Virus record (IMG/VR): IMGVR_UViG_3300023174_000047
Coordinates: 139,775 to 203,774 of that record
Reading direction: 5' to 3' (one strand)
DNA length: 64,000 nt
Source: a virus
Taxonomy: Duplodnaviria; Caudoviricetes
Below the pieces are notes generated by a model. The model saw only the letters and a list, made by a program, of their open reading frames with translations. It did not search any database and was not told where the DNA came from. Positions 21,008 to 31,068 of the stretch are shown one piece after another (positions within the stretch are counted from its first letter, which is position 1; the number at the start of each line of letters is the position of its first letter). A program made the position numbers and the translations under genes.

Positions 21008-21352
21008 TTATTCTATAATTTCTACCTGTGTTGTTAATGCAGCATCAAGTTGATTTTTTACTGCATTGGCTTGAGTTTGCATTACAATTCCATAATATTT
21101 ATTAACCACAGGTGTTATGATATTCTTTAATCTTTGTGTATAGTCAAGAGATAAAAATGCTTTGATAAATGCATTTGATGATACATCTAAATCATCAGCA
21201 TTAAACTCTACATTATCTGTGCGAGCTTTTTCTCTGGCATCATTTATAGTTGTTAGTCTCCATTGCTCGTATCCAATATCGTTGCTTACTAGAGGTATCA
21301 ATGGTTTATTTTCTTCTGATATATTTAATGTTGTTGTTATTTTTATTTGCAT
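21008..21352 (-). CDS. Hypothetical protein in the fibre operon
   Basis: 114-aa ORF co-oriented with the fibre genes. Confidence 0.55.
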   Translation of the reverse strand: MQIKITTTLNISEENKPLIPLVSNDIGYEQWRLTTINDAREKARTDNVEFNADDLDVSSNAFIKAFLSLDYTQRLKNIITPVVNKYYGIVMQTQANAVKNQLDAALTTQVEIIE

Positions 21353-21361
21353 ATTTTTTAT

Positions 21362-23932
21362 TTATACTGATGTTGCTTTAGTGTAGGTCATTCGTGTGCC
21401 TGCGTAAATTGTAGCTACGTTACTAGTAACTGTTGCACATTGCAATGTAATGTTGCCCGCAGTTGAACCATTTATGACTCGGAACTCTAAGCGGAATGTT
21501 ACCTGGATACCGATACCAGTAGCAAATGTTGTTCCTAATGTATTTATTGCAGTGATTAGAGACGGAGTTTGAAACGCCGCCAATGTAGCAAGGCTACCAT
21601 ATTGTTCACCACTTATAGTACATCCTGTTGGTGCGCCAATAGCAAGTTTTAAACCTGTATTCGTTGTTGCTTTTGATGCTGTTCCGGTAATAGTAACGAC
21701 ATAAGCTTCATTTGCCGCAATCGCAAAACCTAAATTAGTTGATACTGCTGTTGTGCTAGATGTTGTGAAGTCAGATGCTAGAAATTCTGATCCACCAGTT
21801 TGCATTAATTGTAACTGATCATAGACTGCATTTTTAGATGGAGCTATTGCCGATACACCATTCCAACTCGAATCATATGCCGCATCACTTATCATTAATT
21901 GTAACTGATCATAGACTGCATTTTTAGATGGAGCTATTGCCGATACACCATTCCAACTAGAATCATATGTCGCATCACTTATAGCAGAACCACCTACAGA
22001 TGCCCATGAGCCACCACTACTCTTTATTTCTACCGCACCAGCATTATCTCTAAATCCATATCCTGCTGATCCATCAGTTGTTCCGAAGTTATAATAACCA
22101 CTTGCAGGGACTTGAATATTTTCAGAAAATCTATGAACTGCACCAGATCCTACTGCATCATATGTCACTATACCAGTTGATCCAACATCAATATTCAAAT
22201 AATTCGATGTATCATAACCTGCACGGAAAAGATTGCTTGTGTCAATTAGGTGCAGGCGTGTAACTGGTGAGGTAGTGTTGAGTCCCAACTTTCCGCTTAT
22301 GTAATTTTTACCACCCGTTGAGTATAAAGCATAACCTGAAAGACTATATTGCTCTGCAAACAAAGCATAACTATTTGCCGCAATTGCCACGCCTCTAACA
22401 CCTGTACCAAATTCTCTTTCAGATCGGCCTCGCACACCATCGCTTGCACCAAGACCGTATACTCCAATCTGTGTTCCAGCTGAACTTGTAGGGCCAACAG
22501 AAGTTCCTTGAACACCATAAGCAGTTCCATTCCAATTAATATATGCTGAACCGTGAATTCCAGTAATTATTCCAGAAGGTTTAGAGCTGTTGTCGATTGC
22601 CTCTACTCGTAATCCAGTAACATATTCTTCATATAATTCTGGATTTGTCTGTTGTGCTAAAATGTAGGCACCTCTAAGCGATTGGTCTGTGCTATTACCA
22701 TAATAAAATCCCGTTTCAGGATCATAAATCCCTGTTACGTTTTTTATATTTTGAGTTGAGAATTTATAATATTCTTGGATACCACCAACACCTACCTGTT
22801 GATTAGTTGTATCAACTGTAACAATATCAGTTGTGCCGTCAGCTTTCAGAATTCTGACTGCTGATATACTATCTGTTGCTGGATATATTTTAGGAGTAAT
22901 CACACCAACACCATGCACAGTTGACGCAGAATTAAACGTTTGTTGACCTGTCCATGTATTAGCCTTTGCAAGGTTTATATCTGCCGTAAATATACCTGAT
23001 CCAGTGATGGGTGTTGAACCAATTGTAAGTGTTGAATAAACTGAAGACAATCCTACTGATGTAACAGTTCCTGGTGCCCAACCTGCACTATTACTATTAA
23101 CGGTGGTGTATACACTTATATTCTTAGCAGATTGCGTAGAAAAATTGGTGTACGTACCCTGCCAGTTACCTGTTAAACTTTTTATATCTGTTCCTTGATA
23201 ATTCCAATTTGTAGCACTATTAGTTTGAACAGTAGTATAAACAGAAAGATTATTAGCAGATTGCGTAGAAAAATTAGTATATGTATTCTGCCAATTAGCA
23301 CTATTAGAATTTACAGTTGAGTATGTATTTTGCCAATTGCCTGTTAAAGCTTTAATATCTGTTCCCTGGTAATTCCAATTTGTAGCACTACTAGAATTTA
23401 CAGTTGAGTATACACTTAAATTATTAGCAGATTGCGTAGAAAAATTAGTATAAGTATCCTGCCAGTTACCTGTTAAACTTTTTATATCTGTTCCTTGATA
23501 ATTCCAGGCAACACCACTATTTGTATTAACAGTAGTATAAACAGAAAGATTATTAGCAGATTGAGTAGAAAAATTAGTGTATGTATTTTGCCAATTACCT
23601 GTTAAAGCTTTAATATCTGTTCCCTGGTAATTCCAATTAGTAGCAGAGTTAGTATTAACAGTAGTATAAGAACTATTCCACTGGTCACTGTTGCCACCGT
23701 TTGCATATATTACATTTGTTGTGGATAAAACACCTGTTAATGTACCACCAGATAACGGTAAATAAGCACCAGATCCACCACCCCCACCACCTAATGCAGT
23801 TTCCACGCCAGTATCATCCTTAGTATACAAAAACCCATCAGTTTTAGCATAAACAATCACCAATCCAGCATCAGGAGTTGCTGTAGCAGATACTTCCTTA
23901 AAAGCAGCAAAAGTTGAAAAGTTGGGATTCAT
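21362..23932 (-). CDS. Tail-fibre-like protein with WNYQGTDIKxLTGNWQ repeats
   Basis: 4 NYQGTDI repeats, YLPLSGGTLTG motif, KLGLNTTSP, duplicated YDSSWNGVSAIAPSKNAVYD. Confidence 0.75.
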   Translation of the reverse strand: MNPNFSTFAAFKEVSATATPDAGLVIVYAKTDGFLYTKDDTGVETALGGGGGGSGAYLPLSGGTLTGVLSTTNVIYANGGNSDQWNSSYTTVNTNSATNWNYQGTDIKALTGNWQNTYTNFSTQSANNLSVYTTVNTNSGVAWNYQGTDIKSLTGNWQDTYTNFSTQSANNLSVYSTVNSSSATNWNYQGTDIKALTGNWQNTYSTVNSNSANWQNTYTNFSTQSANNLSVYTTVQTNSATNWNYQGTDIKSLTGNWQGTYTNFSTQSAKNISVYTTVNSNSAGWAPGTVTSVGLSSVYSTLTIGSTPITGSGIFTADINLAKANTWTGQQTFNSASTVHGVGVITPKIYPATDSISAVRILKADGTTDIVTVDTTNQQVGVGGIQEYYKFSTQNIKNVTGIYDPETGFYYGNSTDQSLRGAYILAQQTNPELYEEYVTGLRVEAIDNSSKPSGIITGIHGSAYINWNGTAYGVQGTSVGPTSSAGTQIGVYGLGASDGVRGRSEREFGTGVRGVAIAANSYALFAEQYSLSGYALYSTGGKNYISGKLGLNTTSPVTRLHLIDTSNLFRAGYDTSNYLNIDVGSTGIVTYDAVGSGAVHRFSENIQVPASGYYNFGTTDGSAGYGFRDNAGAVEIKSSGGSWASVGGSAISDATYDSSWNGVSAIAPSKNAVYDQLQLMISDAAYDSSWNGVSAIAPSKNAVYDQLQLMQTGGSEFLASDFTTSSTTAVSTNLGFAIAANEAYVVTITGTASKATTNTGLKLAIGAPTGCTISGEQYGSLATLAAFQTPSLITAINTLGTTFATGIGIQVTFRLEFRVINGSTAGNITLQCATVTSNVATIYAGTRMTYTKATSV
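21803..21982. repeat. 90-bp tandem duplication (2 copies, 2 mismatches) inside the fibre gene
   Basis: 21803-21892 matches 21893-21982; encodes ISDA(T/A)YDSSWNGVSAIAPSKNAVYDQLQLM twice. Confidence 0.92.
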
Positions 23933-23935
23933 AAA

Positions 23936-24259
23936 TTATGGGTCTGAAATTACTACTGATCCATCATCCGCAAATACATATGCATAAGGAGGAACTGTAT
24001 ATTTTTCTTCCAATTCAATGCCTTGTGATGTAAGAAATGCAACCGTTTCTGCATGTTGGGTAAATGCGAATATTGCATTATTCCCGAATACATCAGCAAT
24101 TTGCTGAGGTGTTACACCTTCATTTGGATACCAAAAACTATTGAATAAATCGGTGGTAGTTTTTTTAAGTGCATCTAGTGCTGATCTACGACGCTCTTCA
24201 ATAGCAATAGCCTGCTTAGTAGCAAGCGGAACTTCTGGAGGTTCAGGTATTAGGTTCAT
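23936..24259 (-). CDS. Hypothetical protein (possible fibre chaperone)
   Basis: TAAATA 6 nt upstream; sits between fibre genes. Confidence 0.55.
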   Translation of the reverse strand: MNLIPEPPEVPLATKQAIAIEERRRSALDALKKTTTDLFNSFWYPNEGVTPQQIADVFGNNAIFAFTQHAETVAFLTSQGIELEEKYTVPPYAYVFADDGSVVISDP

Positions 24260-24272
24260 AATGAGTATTTAG

Positions 24273-25211
24273 TTAAAAAGCATGTCGATTGAGTCCTGAA
24301 ATGATGCATTTCCATTTCCAAGTTTCAGCAGTAACTCCTGTGACAGTAATGGCTAATGCATCATTGGTATCATCAGCAGTGAGTGTGACATCTGGTGTTG
24401 GCACATCTTTTATATCAGAGCCAATTGTTTCTACTGTTCCAACAATAGAAGTTGTTGAACCCACACGTTTAATACAGAATTTACGTGCAAACATACAGAC
24501 TGCACTACCATCTGATTTAACTCCTGTGATTGTCGCAATACCAGAAACAACTGTGCTGGTATTGATGCTTAGTCTTGTTGAAGTGCCATTAAGGAAAAGT
24601 TCGGTTGGTGTTGTGCCAGTAGATGTGTTAGTCAACCCGACTGAGTTACCTACAGAATATTCATTACCCGCCCCGTCCATGGTGTGCATTTCAGCGGTCC
24701 CATTAATATTTTTAGCGTATATTTGTGCACAATCTGTCAGCGGGTTACTCGGTGTGCTTTGCTGTAAAAATTGATGCGGAGCCTTGGAATAAATATTTGA
24801 GATGTATCTAGAAGAACCTGAACTCTGTCCTAAATCTAAATTACCAATCAATGGATATAATTGACCGCCCAATACGGTAGTTCCTCCACTATGAGTAAAA
24901 AGTATATCTGCTGATGTTGCTTGTATTACCAAGCCATAATTGGTCCACCAATAAAACTTGGCAGAACGGGATAGTGCAGGAAAAGAAAAATTAATCAAAT
25001 CTACATTCACGCCAGTTGTAACATTAATGAATGAAATGTTTACGGGTGAAATTGTGATGTTGTTGGCGGATGATTCGTTTGGTGTATTTCCGATAATTAT
25101 TCTTGAATTTTCTGCTAGTTTTGTATAGCTTTGTCCTTTAAATCGGCCCAATCGACTTTTCACTGTTTGTAATGGGGCAGTTCCCAATGCACCTAGTATT
25201 CCACTATTCAT
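24273..25211 (-). CDS. Fibre/structural protein
   Basis: Thr/Ser/Gly-rich beta-type sequence; QIYAKNINGTAEMHTMDGAG; C-terminal TNTSTGTTPTELF...WKWK domain. Confidence 0.6.
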   Translation of the reverse strand: MNSGILGALGTAPLQTVKSRLGRFKGQSYTKLAENSRIIIGNTPNESSANNITISPVNISFINVTTGVNVDLINFSFPALSRSAKFYWWTNYGLVIQATSADILFTHSGGTTVLGGQLYPLIGNLDLGQSSGSSRYISNIYSKAPHQFLQQSTPSNPLTDCAQIYAKNINGTAEMHTMDGAGNEYSVGNSVGLTNTSTGTTPTELFLNGTSTRLSINTSTVVSGIATITGVKSDGSAVCMFARKFCIKRVGSTTSIVGTVETIGSDIKDVPTPDVTLTADDTNDALAITVTGVTAETWKWKCIISGLNRHAF

Positions 25212-25214
25212 AAA

Positions 25215-25673
25215 TTAAAAGTCTTCCACATTGCATGTAATATACAATGTTCTACCTGATGTAACAGCAGCAGTAATAACACCAACATAGATTTCTTCAT
25301 TAGCTTCTAGTGGTAAAATGGGTCTTCCGCTCTGATCAATGGGTAATCCCTGAACAAATGCATTATTTAAAACATCAACATTAATTGTTGTTCCATTAAC
25401 ACCAGAGGTTGCTGCAACAGGAACAGTAAACAACAAAAATTTTGTAGTTCCTGCATTTGTTGAAATGTAAAATGATATACTGCGAGCAGAAGAATCATCA
25501 CTTGCAACAATAATTGATTTAACAATGCTGCCTTCACTTCCCGCTGTTAAAAGTTTTGTTGTATTAGTAGGAGCTGTTCCGCCATTTGCAGCAATAAATG
25601 AGTTAGCATTAACAAGAGCAAGAGCAGGAGATTTAACTGTTTGCGTAAAAGGATTTGATGTAGTTTTAGCCAT
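25215..25673 (-). CDS. Hypothetical structural protein
   Basis: 152-aa beta-rich ORF; TAAATA 4 nt upstream. Confidence 0.6.
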   Translation of the reverse strand: MAKTTSNPFTQTVKSPALALVNANSFIAANGGTAPTNTTKLLTAGSEGSIVKSIIVASDDSSARSISFYISTNAGTTKFLLFTVPVAATSGVNGTTINVDVLNNAFVQGLPIDQSGRPILPLEANEEIYVGVITAAVTSGRTLYITCNVEDF

Positions 25674-25705
25674 TGTTTATTTACTTATTTATTAAAGGTA
25701 TTATA

Positions 25706-28700
25706 TCAAGACCAGATTGCAGAGATTAAAGGTATTGGGTCTGATGTTGCTGCATTCCCCAGCGTGCTCTGCATTTGCATATTGGTCCCGTCATAAACCA
25801 AATCTACCCACTGACCTACCCTAATATCATTATCAGCAAGTGTCGTAGTAATTCCACCAGCCGCTTTTACAATAGTTTTAGCACCCAGAGAATTAAAATT
25901 GATGGTAGCAGCACCAGTATTGGCTGTATTTGCTTTGAATCTGTAATGAGCACCAGTCGTATAAGCTGATGGAGCGGGGGATAATGTAGCTGCATATGCA
26001 TCAGTGCTTCCTGCATCTGCGGCGAAAGCAACGAGCCGAGTATCATTCGTATTAACCCAACTAGCACTATTTGTATTAACAGTAGTATAAACATTTAGAT
26101 TATTAGCAGATTGAGTAGAAAAATTGGTATATGTATTTTGCCAATTGCCCGTTAAACTCTTTATGTCTGTTCCCTGATAATTCCAATTTGTAGCACTATT
26201 ACTATTGACAGTAGTATAAGAATTATTCCATTGGTCACTGTTGCCACCGTTTGCATATATTACATTTGTTGTGGATAAAACACCTGTAACAGTTCCGCCT
26301 GAAAGAGGCAAATATGCACCTACTGTTGGAACAAGCTGAACATTAGTAACTTGTTTTACTGTTACAATAACACCAGGAGTATCTGGAATTGTTGGGTTGG
26401 TATGTGTAGTAAATGTTTCTACAGTTACTTCTGTAGCATTACAATGCCAATATATTTCTATAAAATCATTAGCAGCTAGAGTAGCTATAAATGGTGTTAC
26501 TGCAATTAACTGTGCAGGTATACCTGCACTTTTTCTTGCTGGTATGGTAAATACAGAACTACTGTCCGATACATCAACACCATTTTTTCTGAACCAGACA
26601 TAAATATCTTCTTGAGTTGCACTTGTATTTTTATACTGAATACTGAAAATTATTTCATAAGTACCAATATTATTGAATACAATTTTATTACTACTTAAAC
26701 TAACTCCGTTAGCTTCAAATGTGTCTGCTATACTAAGTCTTTTAGCCTGATTAGCCCCAGTAAGAGTTTGCGCAGTGGTATCATAAAATGAGCCATAATA
26801 ACCTGTTTGATTTGATGCAGAAGTTGGTGAACCAGTTGTCCATTTTTGTAATACACTACTATATGTTAATACTTGACCATTAGCAGGAGACGGTATATAC
26901 ACATCTTTAAGTGCAGATAGATAACTTACACCTGAAGATCCATTACCACCACTTAATGCTGATAATGAAACTGTATTACCATCACTAATAGTGAGTTGTG
27001 CATTACTTGCATTAAATGATAATGTTTGTCTTCCCCATGTTGCAGAAAAAGAACTAACTGTAGAGTATGTATTCTGCCAATTGCCCGTTAAAGCTTTGAT
27101 ATCTGTTCCTTGATAATTCCAATTTGTAGCAGAATTAGTATTAACAGAACTATATACACTATTCCATTGATTCGAGTTACCACCTGTAACAGTAATGACC
27201 CCATTAACATCCAATTTTGTGGTAGGCGTCATTGTTCCAATACCAACGTTACCGATAGTCTCTGTTAATATTACATTTTCATTAGGATTTATTATAATAT
27301 TATTACTTGACCCTATACCAAAATTTCCATAGGAATTTCCTATATTTGCTGAATCTATATTAAAATATAAAGGATCGTTATTAATTCCTATATTACCATT
27401 TAATTTACCACCAGTTAAAGGGAAAAATTTTGAATCAACATTCCATGTTGCAGAATAAGAATTAACTGTAGAATATGTACTCTGCCAATTGCCTGTTAAA
27501 GCTTTAATGTCTGTTCCTTGATAATTCCAATTTGTAGCACTATTTGTATTAACAGTTGAGTATACACTTAAATTACTAGCAGATTGTGCTAAAAAATTGG
27601 TATATGTATTCTGCCAATTTGAACTGTTAGCATTTACTGTAGTGTATGTATTTTGCCAATTAGCAGTCAATGCACGCACGCCTGCGTCAATGCTGGTACC
27701 ACTTAATGCACTCAATGATATGGTATTACCATTTGAGATAGTTAACTGAGCATTACTTTCATTGAAAGCAATGGTCTGAATCCATGTAGCAGACGATGCA
27801 TTTACTGCAGTATATGTGTTTTGCCAATTAGCGGTTAAGCTCTTGATGTCTGTTCCTTGATAATTCCAACTGCCGCTGTTAGCATTTACCGTAGTGTATG
27901 TATTCTGCCAGTTGCCTGTTAAGCTCTTGATGTCTGTTCCTTGATAATTCCAACTGCCGCTGTTAGCATTTACCGTAGTGTATACACTTATATTATTAGC
28001 AGATTGTGCTGAAAAATTAGTATATGTATTCTGCCAATTAGCGGTTAAGCCCCTTATATCCGTTCCTTGATAATTCCAACTGCCGCTGTTGGCATTTACC
28101 GTAGTATATGTACTCTGCCAATTAGCAGTCAATGCGCGTACACCTGTATCAATGCCTGTACCACTATTTGATGATGTGCCACTTAATGCACTCAATGATA
28201 TGGTGTTTCCGTTTGAGATAGTTAACTGAGCATTACTTTCATTGAAAGTAATGGTCTGAATCCATGCAGCAGACGATGCATTTACTGTTGCATATACACT
28301 AGCATTATTTGCACTCTGCGCATTAAAACTAGTATATGTACTCTGCCAATTAGCGGTTAAGCTCTTGATGTCTGTTCCTTGATAATTCCAACTGCCGCTG
28401 TTAGCATTTACTGTTGCATATACACTAGCATTATTTGCACTCTGCGCATTAAAACTAGTATATGTATTCTGCCAGTTGCCTGTTAAGCTCTTGATGTCTG
28501 TTCCTTGATAATTCCAACTGCCGCTGTTAGCATTTACTGTAGTGTATGTACTCTGCCAATTAGCAGTCAATGCACGCACACCTGTGTCAATGCCAGCACC
28601 GCCACCTGTTGAAGCACCACTCAATGCACTTAGTGAGATTGTATTACCGTTGGGTGCAATGGTTAATGCAGCTGTATTTGCATTAAATGCAAGAGTCTGA

Positions 28701-29896
28701 TAACCAGATGCACCTGTTGTAGAAAAGATGTTGAGCAAATCAATGCCGCCTGATAGAATCTGACCTGTAGAGACATTAAGCGTACCGTTCATGTTGCCAC
28801 CATCAGCAAACTGTACTGCTACTGATCCTCCACCTGCATATGACTGAGCATAAATTGCAAACTTTTTGTAAAGATCTTGCTGTAAATTTGCAACATGAGC
28901 TTTCATCTCTGAAGACATTTCAGTCTTGATGTTACTAATAGTATCTTTGAATAAATTTTTCTGCGTACCACGAGCTTCTGTGACAATGACTTCAGTTGCA
29001 GGCTGTAGCGTTGTAATCTGCTCGGAAAGAACCTGATCTACACACTGCCGTACATTTTGCAAATGCTCTTGATGCAGTGTTTTCGTTTCTTCTATAATTT
29101 TATTAGAAACAGATGCAATAACTACTTCGACGTGCTCAGTTAATTTTTGAGCAAGTGAATCCTGTTGTTGCTCTTGAACAAGTACTTCAAACTGGCTTTC
29201 AATTGCATTACGCGCTTCATCAATTGCATCAATGATGTAGCTAGATATCTTAGCTTCTGCGGCGTGCTCCCATTGTGATATGCTTTCATTGAGTTTATTA
29301 GAAGTTGACTCAAGCTTGCTACCAATGGCATTCTGTGCATTGTTTTGAATGTTAATGTATTCAGCAAGGATGCTCTGACGCGCAGCATAAAGAGAGTCGT
29401 CAATGCGGTTAGAAAGTTGCTGTTCAATTTGCTTGATTAAACCTGCAATTTTGTTTTCATTAATTTGTCTAGACTGCTGCTTAATGCTGCTCCAATTAAC
29501 TTCAGGCTGCATGCGTTCGTCAATCTCAACAGACACATCAACAGTCTCTGAAAGCAATTCAATTTGTTCCTCAATAGTTGCAACTTTTGGTTTTGCAGGC
29601 TCAAAAATACATCCATTGTCTAATGTGTATTCATCAAGAAAAACACACGGCTCATCTCCGTTTGCTGCAACAACTCTGAATTCTACATCTTCATATAATA
29701 TGCCACCATATTCAACATTGAGTCTAACAATGGGACACCCATCAATGTATTTCTCTGCAGGCTTGATGAATGAAATCTGTTCATCAAGAGTAATGTTAAA
29801 AATATTAAAAAACGCTTCTTCTACTTTACTGCAGCGAATAATATTTTCACCCGTTTTGATGAAATTGAAATTATACTCTTGATTATCCAGACGCAT
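25706..29896 (-). CDS. 1396-aa protein: N-terminal coiled-coil region plus fibre-like repeat region
   Basis: About 350 aa Glu/Gln-rich helical, GGGSVAVQF junction, 8 WNYQGTDI repeats, KVGIG-type motif; TATAAATA 7 nt upstream. Confidence 0.7.
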   Translation of the reverse strand: MRLDNQEYNFNFIKTGENIIRCSKVEEAFFNIFNITLDEQISFIKPAEKYIDGCPIVRLNVEYGGILYEDVEFRVVAANGDEPCVFLDEYTLDNGCIFEPAKPKVATIEEQIELLSETVDVSVEIDERMQPEVNWSSIKQQSRQINENKIAGLIKQIEQQLSNRIDDSLYAARQSILAEYINIQNNAQNAIGSKLESTSNKLNESISQWEHAAEAKISSYIIDAIDEARNAIESQFEVLVQEQQQDSLAQKLTEHVEVVIASVSNKIIEETKTLHQEHLQNVRQCVDQVLSEQITTLQPATEVIVTEARGTQKNLFKDTISNIKTEMSSEMKAHVANLQQDLYKKFAIYAQSYAGGGSVAVQFADGGNMNGTLNVSTGQILSGGIDLLNIFSTTGASGYQTLAFNANTAALTIAPNGNTISLSALSGASTGGGAGIDTGVRALTANWQSTYTTVNANSGSWNYQGTDIKSLTGNWQNTYTSFNAQSANNASVYATVNANSGSWNYQGTDIKSLTANWQSTYTSFNAQSANNASVYATVNASSAAWIQTITFNESNAQLTISNGNTISLSALSGTSSNSGTGIDTGVRALTANWQSTYTTVNANSGSWNYQGTDIRGLTANWQNTYTNFSAQSANNISVYTTVNANSGSWNYQGTDIKSLTGNWQNTYTTVNANSGSWNYQGTDIKSLTANWQNTYTAVNASSATWIQTIAFNESNAQLTISNGNTISLSALSGTSIDAGVRALTANWQNTYTTVNANSSNWQNTYTNFLAQSASNLSVYSTVNTNSATNWNYQGTDIKALTGNWQSTYSTVNSYSATWNVDSKFFPLTGGKLNGNIGINNDPLYFNIDSANIGNSYGNFGIGSSNNIIINPNENVILTETIGNVGIGTMTPTTKLDVNGVITVTGGNSNQWNSVYSSVNTNSATNWNYQGTDIKALTGNWQNTYSTVSSFSATWGRQTLSFNASNAQLTISDGNTVSLSALSGGNGSSGVSYLSALKDVYIPSPANGQVLTYSSVLQKWTTGSPTSASNQTGYYGSFYDTTAQTLTGANQAKRLSIADTFEANGVSLSSNKIVFNNIGTYEIIFSIQYKNTSATQEDIYVWFRKNGVDVSDSSSVFTIPARKSAGIPAQLIAVTPFIATLAANDFIEIYWHCNATEVTVETFTTHTNPTIPDTPGVIVTVKQVTNVQLVPTVGAYLPLSGGTVTGVLSTTNVIYANGGNSDQWNNSYTTVNSNSATNWNYQGTDIKSLTGNWQNTYTNFSTQSANNLNVYTTVNTNSASWVNTNDTRLVAFAADAGSTDAYAATLSPAPSAYTTGAHYRFKANTANTGAATINFNSLGAKTIVKAAGGITTTLADNDIRVGQWVDLVYDGTNMQMQSTLGNAATSDPIPLISAIWS

Positions 29897-29919
29897 GTCT
29901 GTTTATTTATACACCTTTT

Positions 29920-30132
29920 CTATAAACTACACGGCAAAACCTCAAATGAATCATCATCCAGCCACTGTATTTCATAGTTTTCACGGAACGATTTTAATTG
30001 TTCTGCAGTAGGAGCTTTCTTGATGCGCATGATGCGTTCGCATTGAGCCCGTGCAACCATAAATTTGTGTGGATGAGCTACAAACTCACACCACATTACT
30101 AAATCATCATAATCAACTTTACATTTAGTCAT
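29920..30132 (-). CDS. Hypothetical protein
   Basis: 70-aa ORF coupled (ATGA) to the upstream gene. Confidence 0.55.
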   Translation of the reverse strand: MTKCKVDYDDLVMWCEFVAHPHKFMVARAQCERIMRIKKAPTAEQLKSFRENYEIQWLDDDSFEVLPCSL

Positions 30133-31019
30133 ACAAACGATAGATTATATGCAAGCTCTTCAATTGCAATGTTAATCGCATCTTCTATGGGAGTTAATTT
30201 TACCCCACAGCTAAGAGCATATGAAACATCCAATGCACAGTTGGATCGCGGAGCCTTAATTGCTGCACCGATGTCTTCTAAGCTCTTAAAAAACGATTTG
30301 CTCTCAGTTACTTTATGCTTGATGAGTGCATCTACAACTTGTGCTGTAGTCATGAAACCGGGCTGCGTCATGTTGAATATTCTTTTGTTCTCTGGTGCTT
30401 CAACATTACGTGCAATGTGCACTATGCCTTGTGAAAATTCTTGCAGCTGCGAAAATGAATTTGTTACATTGAGCAGCATTTTGTAATTTTTCATTTTGCA
30501 TAAATAGTTGCGTTCACTAACCTTGCCATCAAACGGAATTCGCAGTCTACAGATGTATGCTTGCTTACACAATGCTTCGCCTAGTGCTTTGGTGCCGCTA
30601 TACCATGAGCACTTGCCTGTTGTGAAGCTAAAATTCGGTGCATCTGTTTCTTTGTAAATAACTGTAGGTAATTGTGCTTGTTCGCATGCATAATCATTGT
30701 ATATACAGCCTGATGAAACATGAATGAATTTAATATGCAACTCATTACAAATATTCATGACTTGTAGCGGTAAGAATGCATTTGACTCAATGCAAGGCTG
30801 CTTATTTTGTTGCAGCTCACATGCATCTATGTTTGGAAACCCTGTATAGCCTGCACAATTAATCACCACATTAATTTCATTGTTAATCAATAGCCGCTCA
30901 AATTGTTGTTTATCAAAGCAATATCGAACAGATGTGCATATAAAATTTGCATTTATGTTTGTCAATGCCCGTTTAACAGCATTGCCTACATAACCAGAGG
31001 ACCCTAAAAGAAGTATCAT
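30129..31019 (-). CDS. NAD(P)-dependent NDP-sugar epimerase/reductase (RmlD / NRS-ER type)
   Basis: GSSGYVG, NCAGYTG.PNIDACE, SSGCIY, YSGTK (YxxxK), RLRIPF. Confidence 0.88.
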   Translation of the reverse strand: MILLLGSSGYVGNAVKRALTNINANFICTSVRYCFDKQQFERLLINNEINVVINCAGYTGFPNIDACELQQNKQPCIESNAFLPLQVMNICNELHIKFIHVSSGCIYNDYACEQAQLPTVIYKETDAPNFSFTTGKCSWYSGTKALGEALCKQAYICRLRIPFDGKVSERNYLCKMKNYKMLLNVTNSFSQLQEFSQGIVHIARNVEAPENKRIFNMTQPGFMTTAQVVDALIKHKVTESKSFFKSLEDIGAAIKAPRSNCALDVSYALSCGVKLTPIEDAINIAIEELAYNLSFV

Positions 31020-31068
31020 ATATGAATGATACTATTTACCGCTGCAACAAAAGAGATCAAGCTTGCAT

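Noticed and set aside
24289-24774. Plus-strand 161-aa ORF, and similar ones at 29403-29882, 6288-6974 (-), 7340-8470 (-)
   Set aside because: Antisense shadows of well-supported structural genes.
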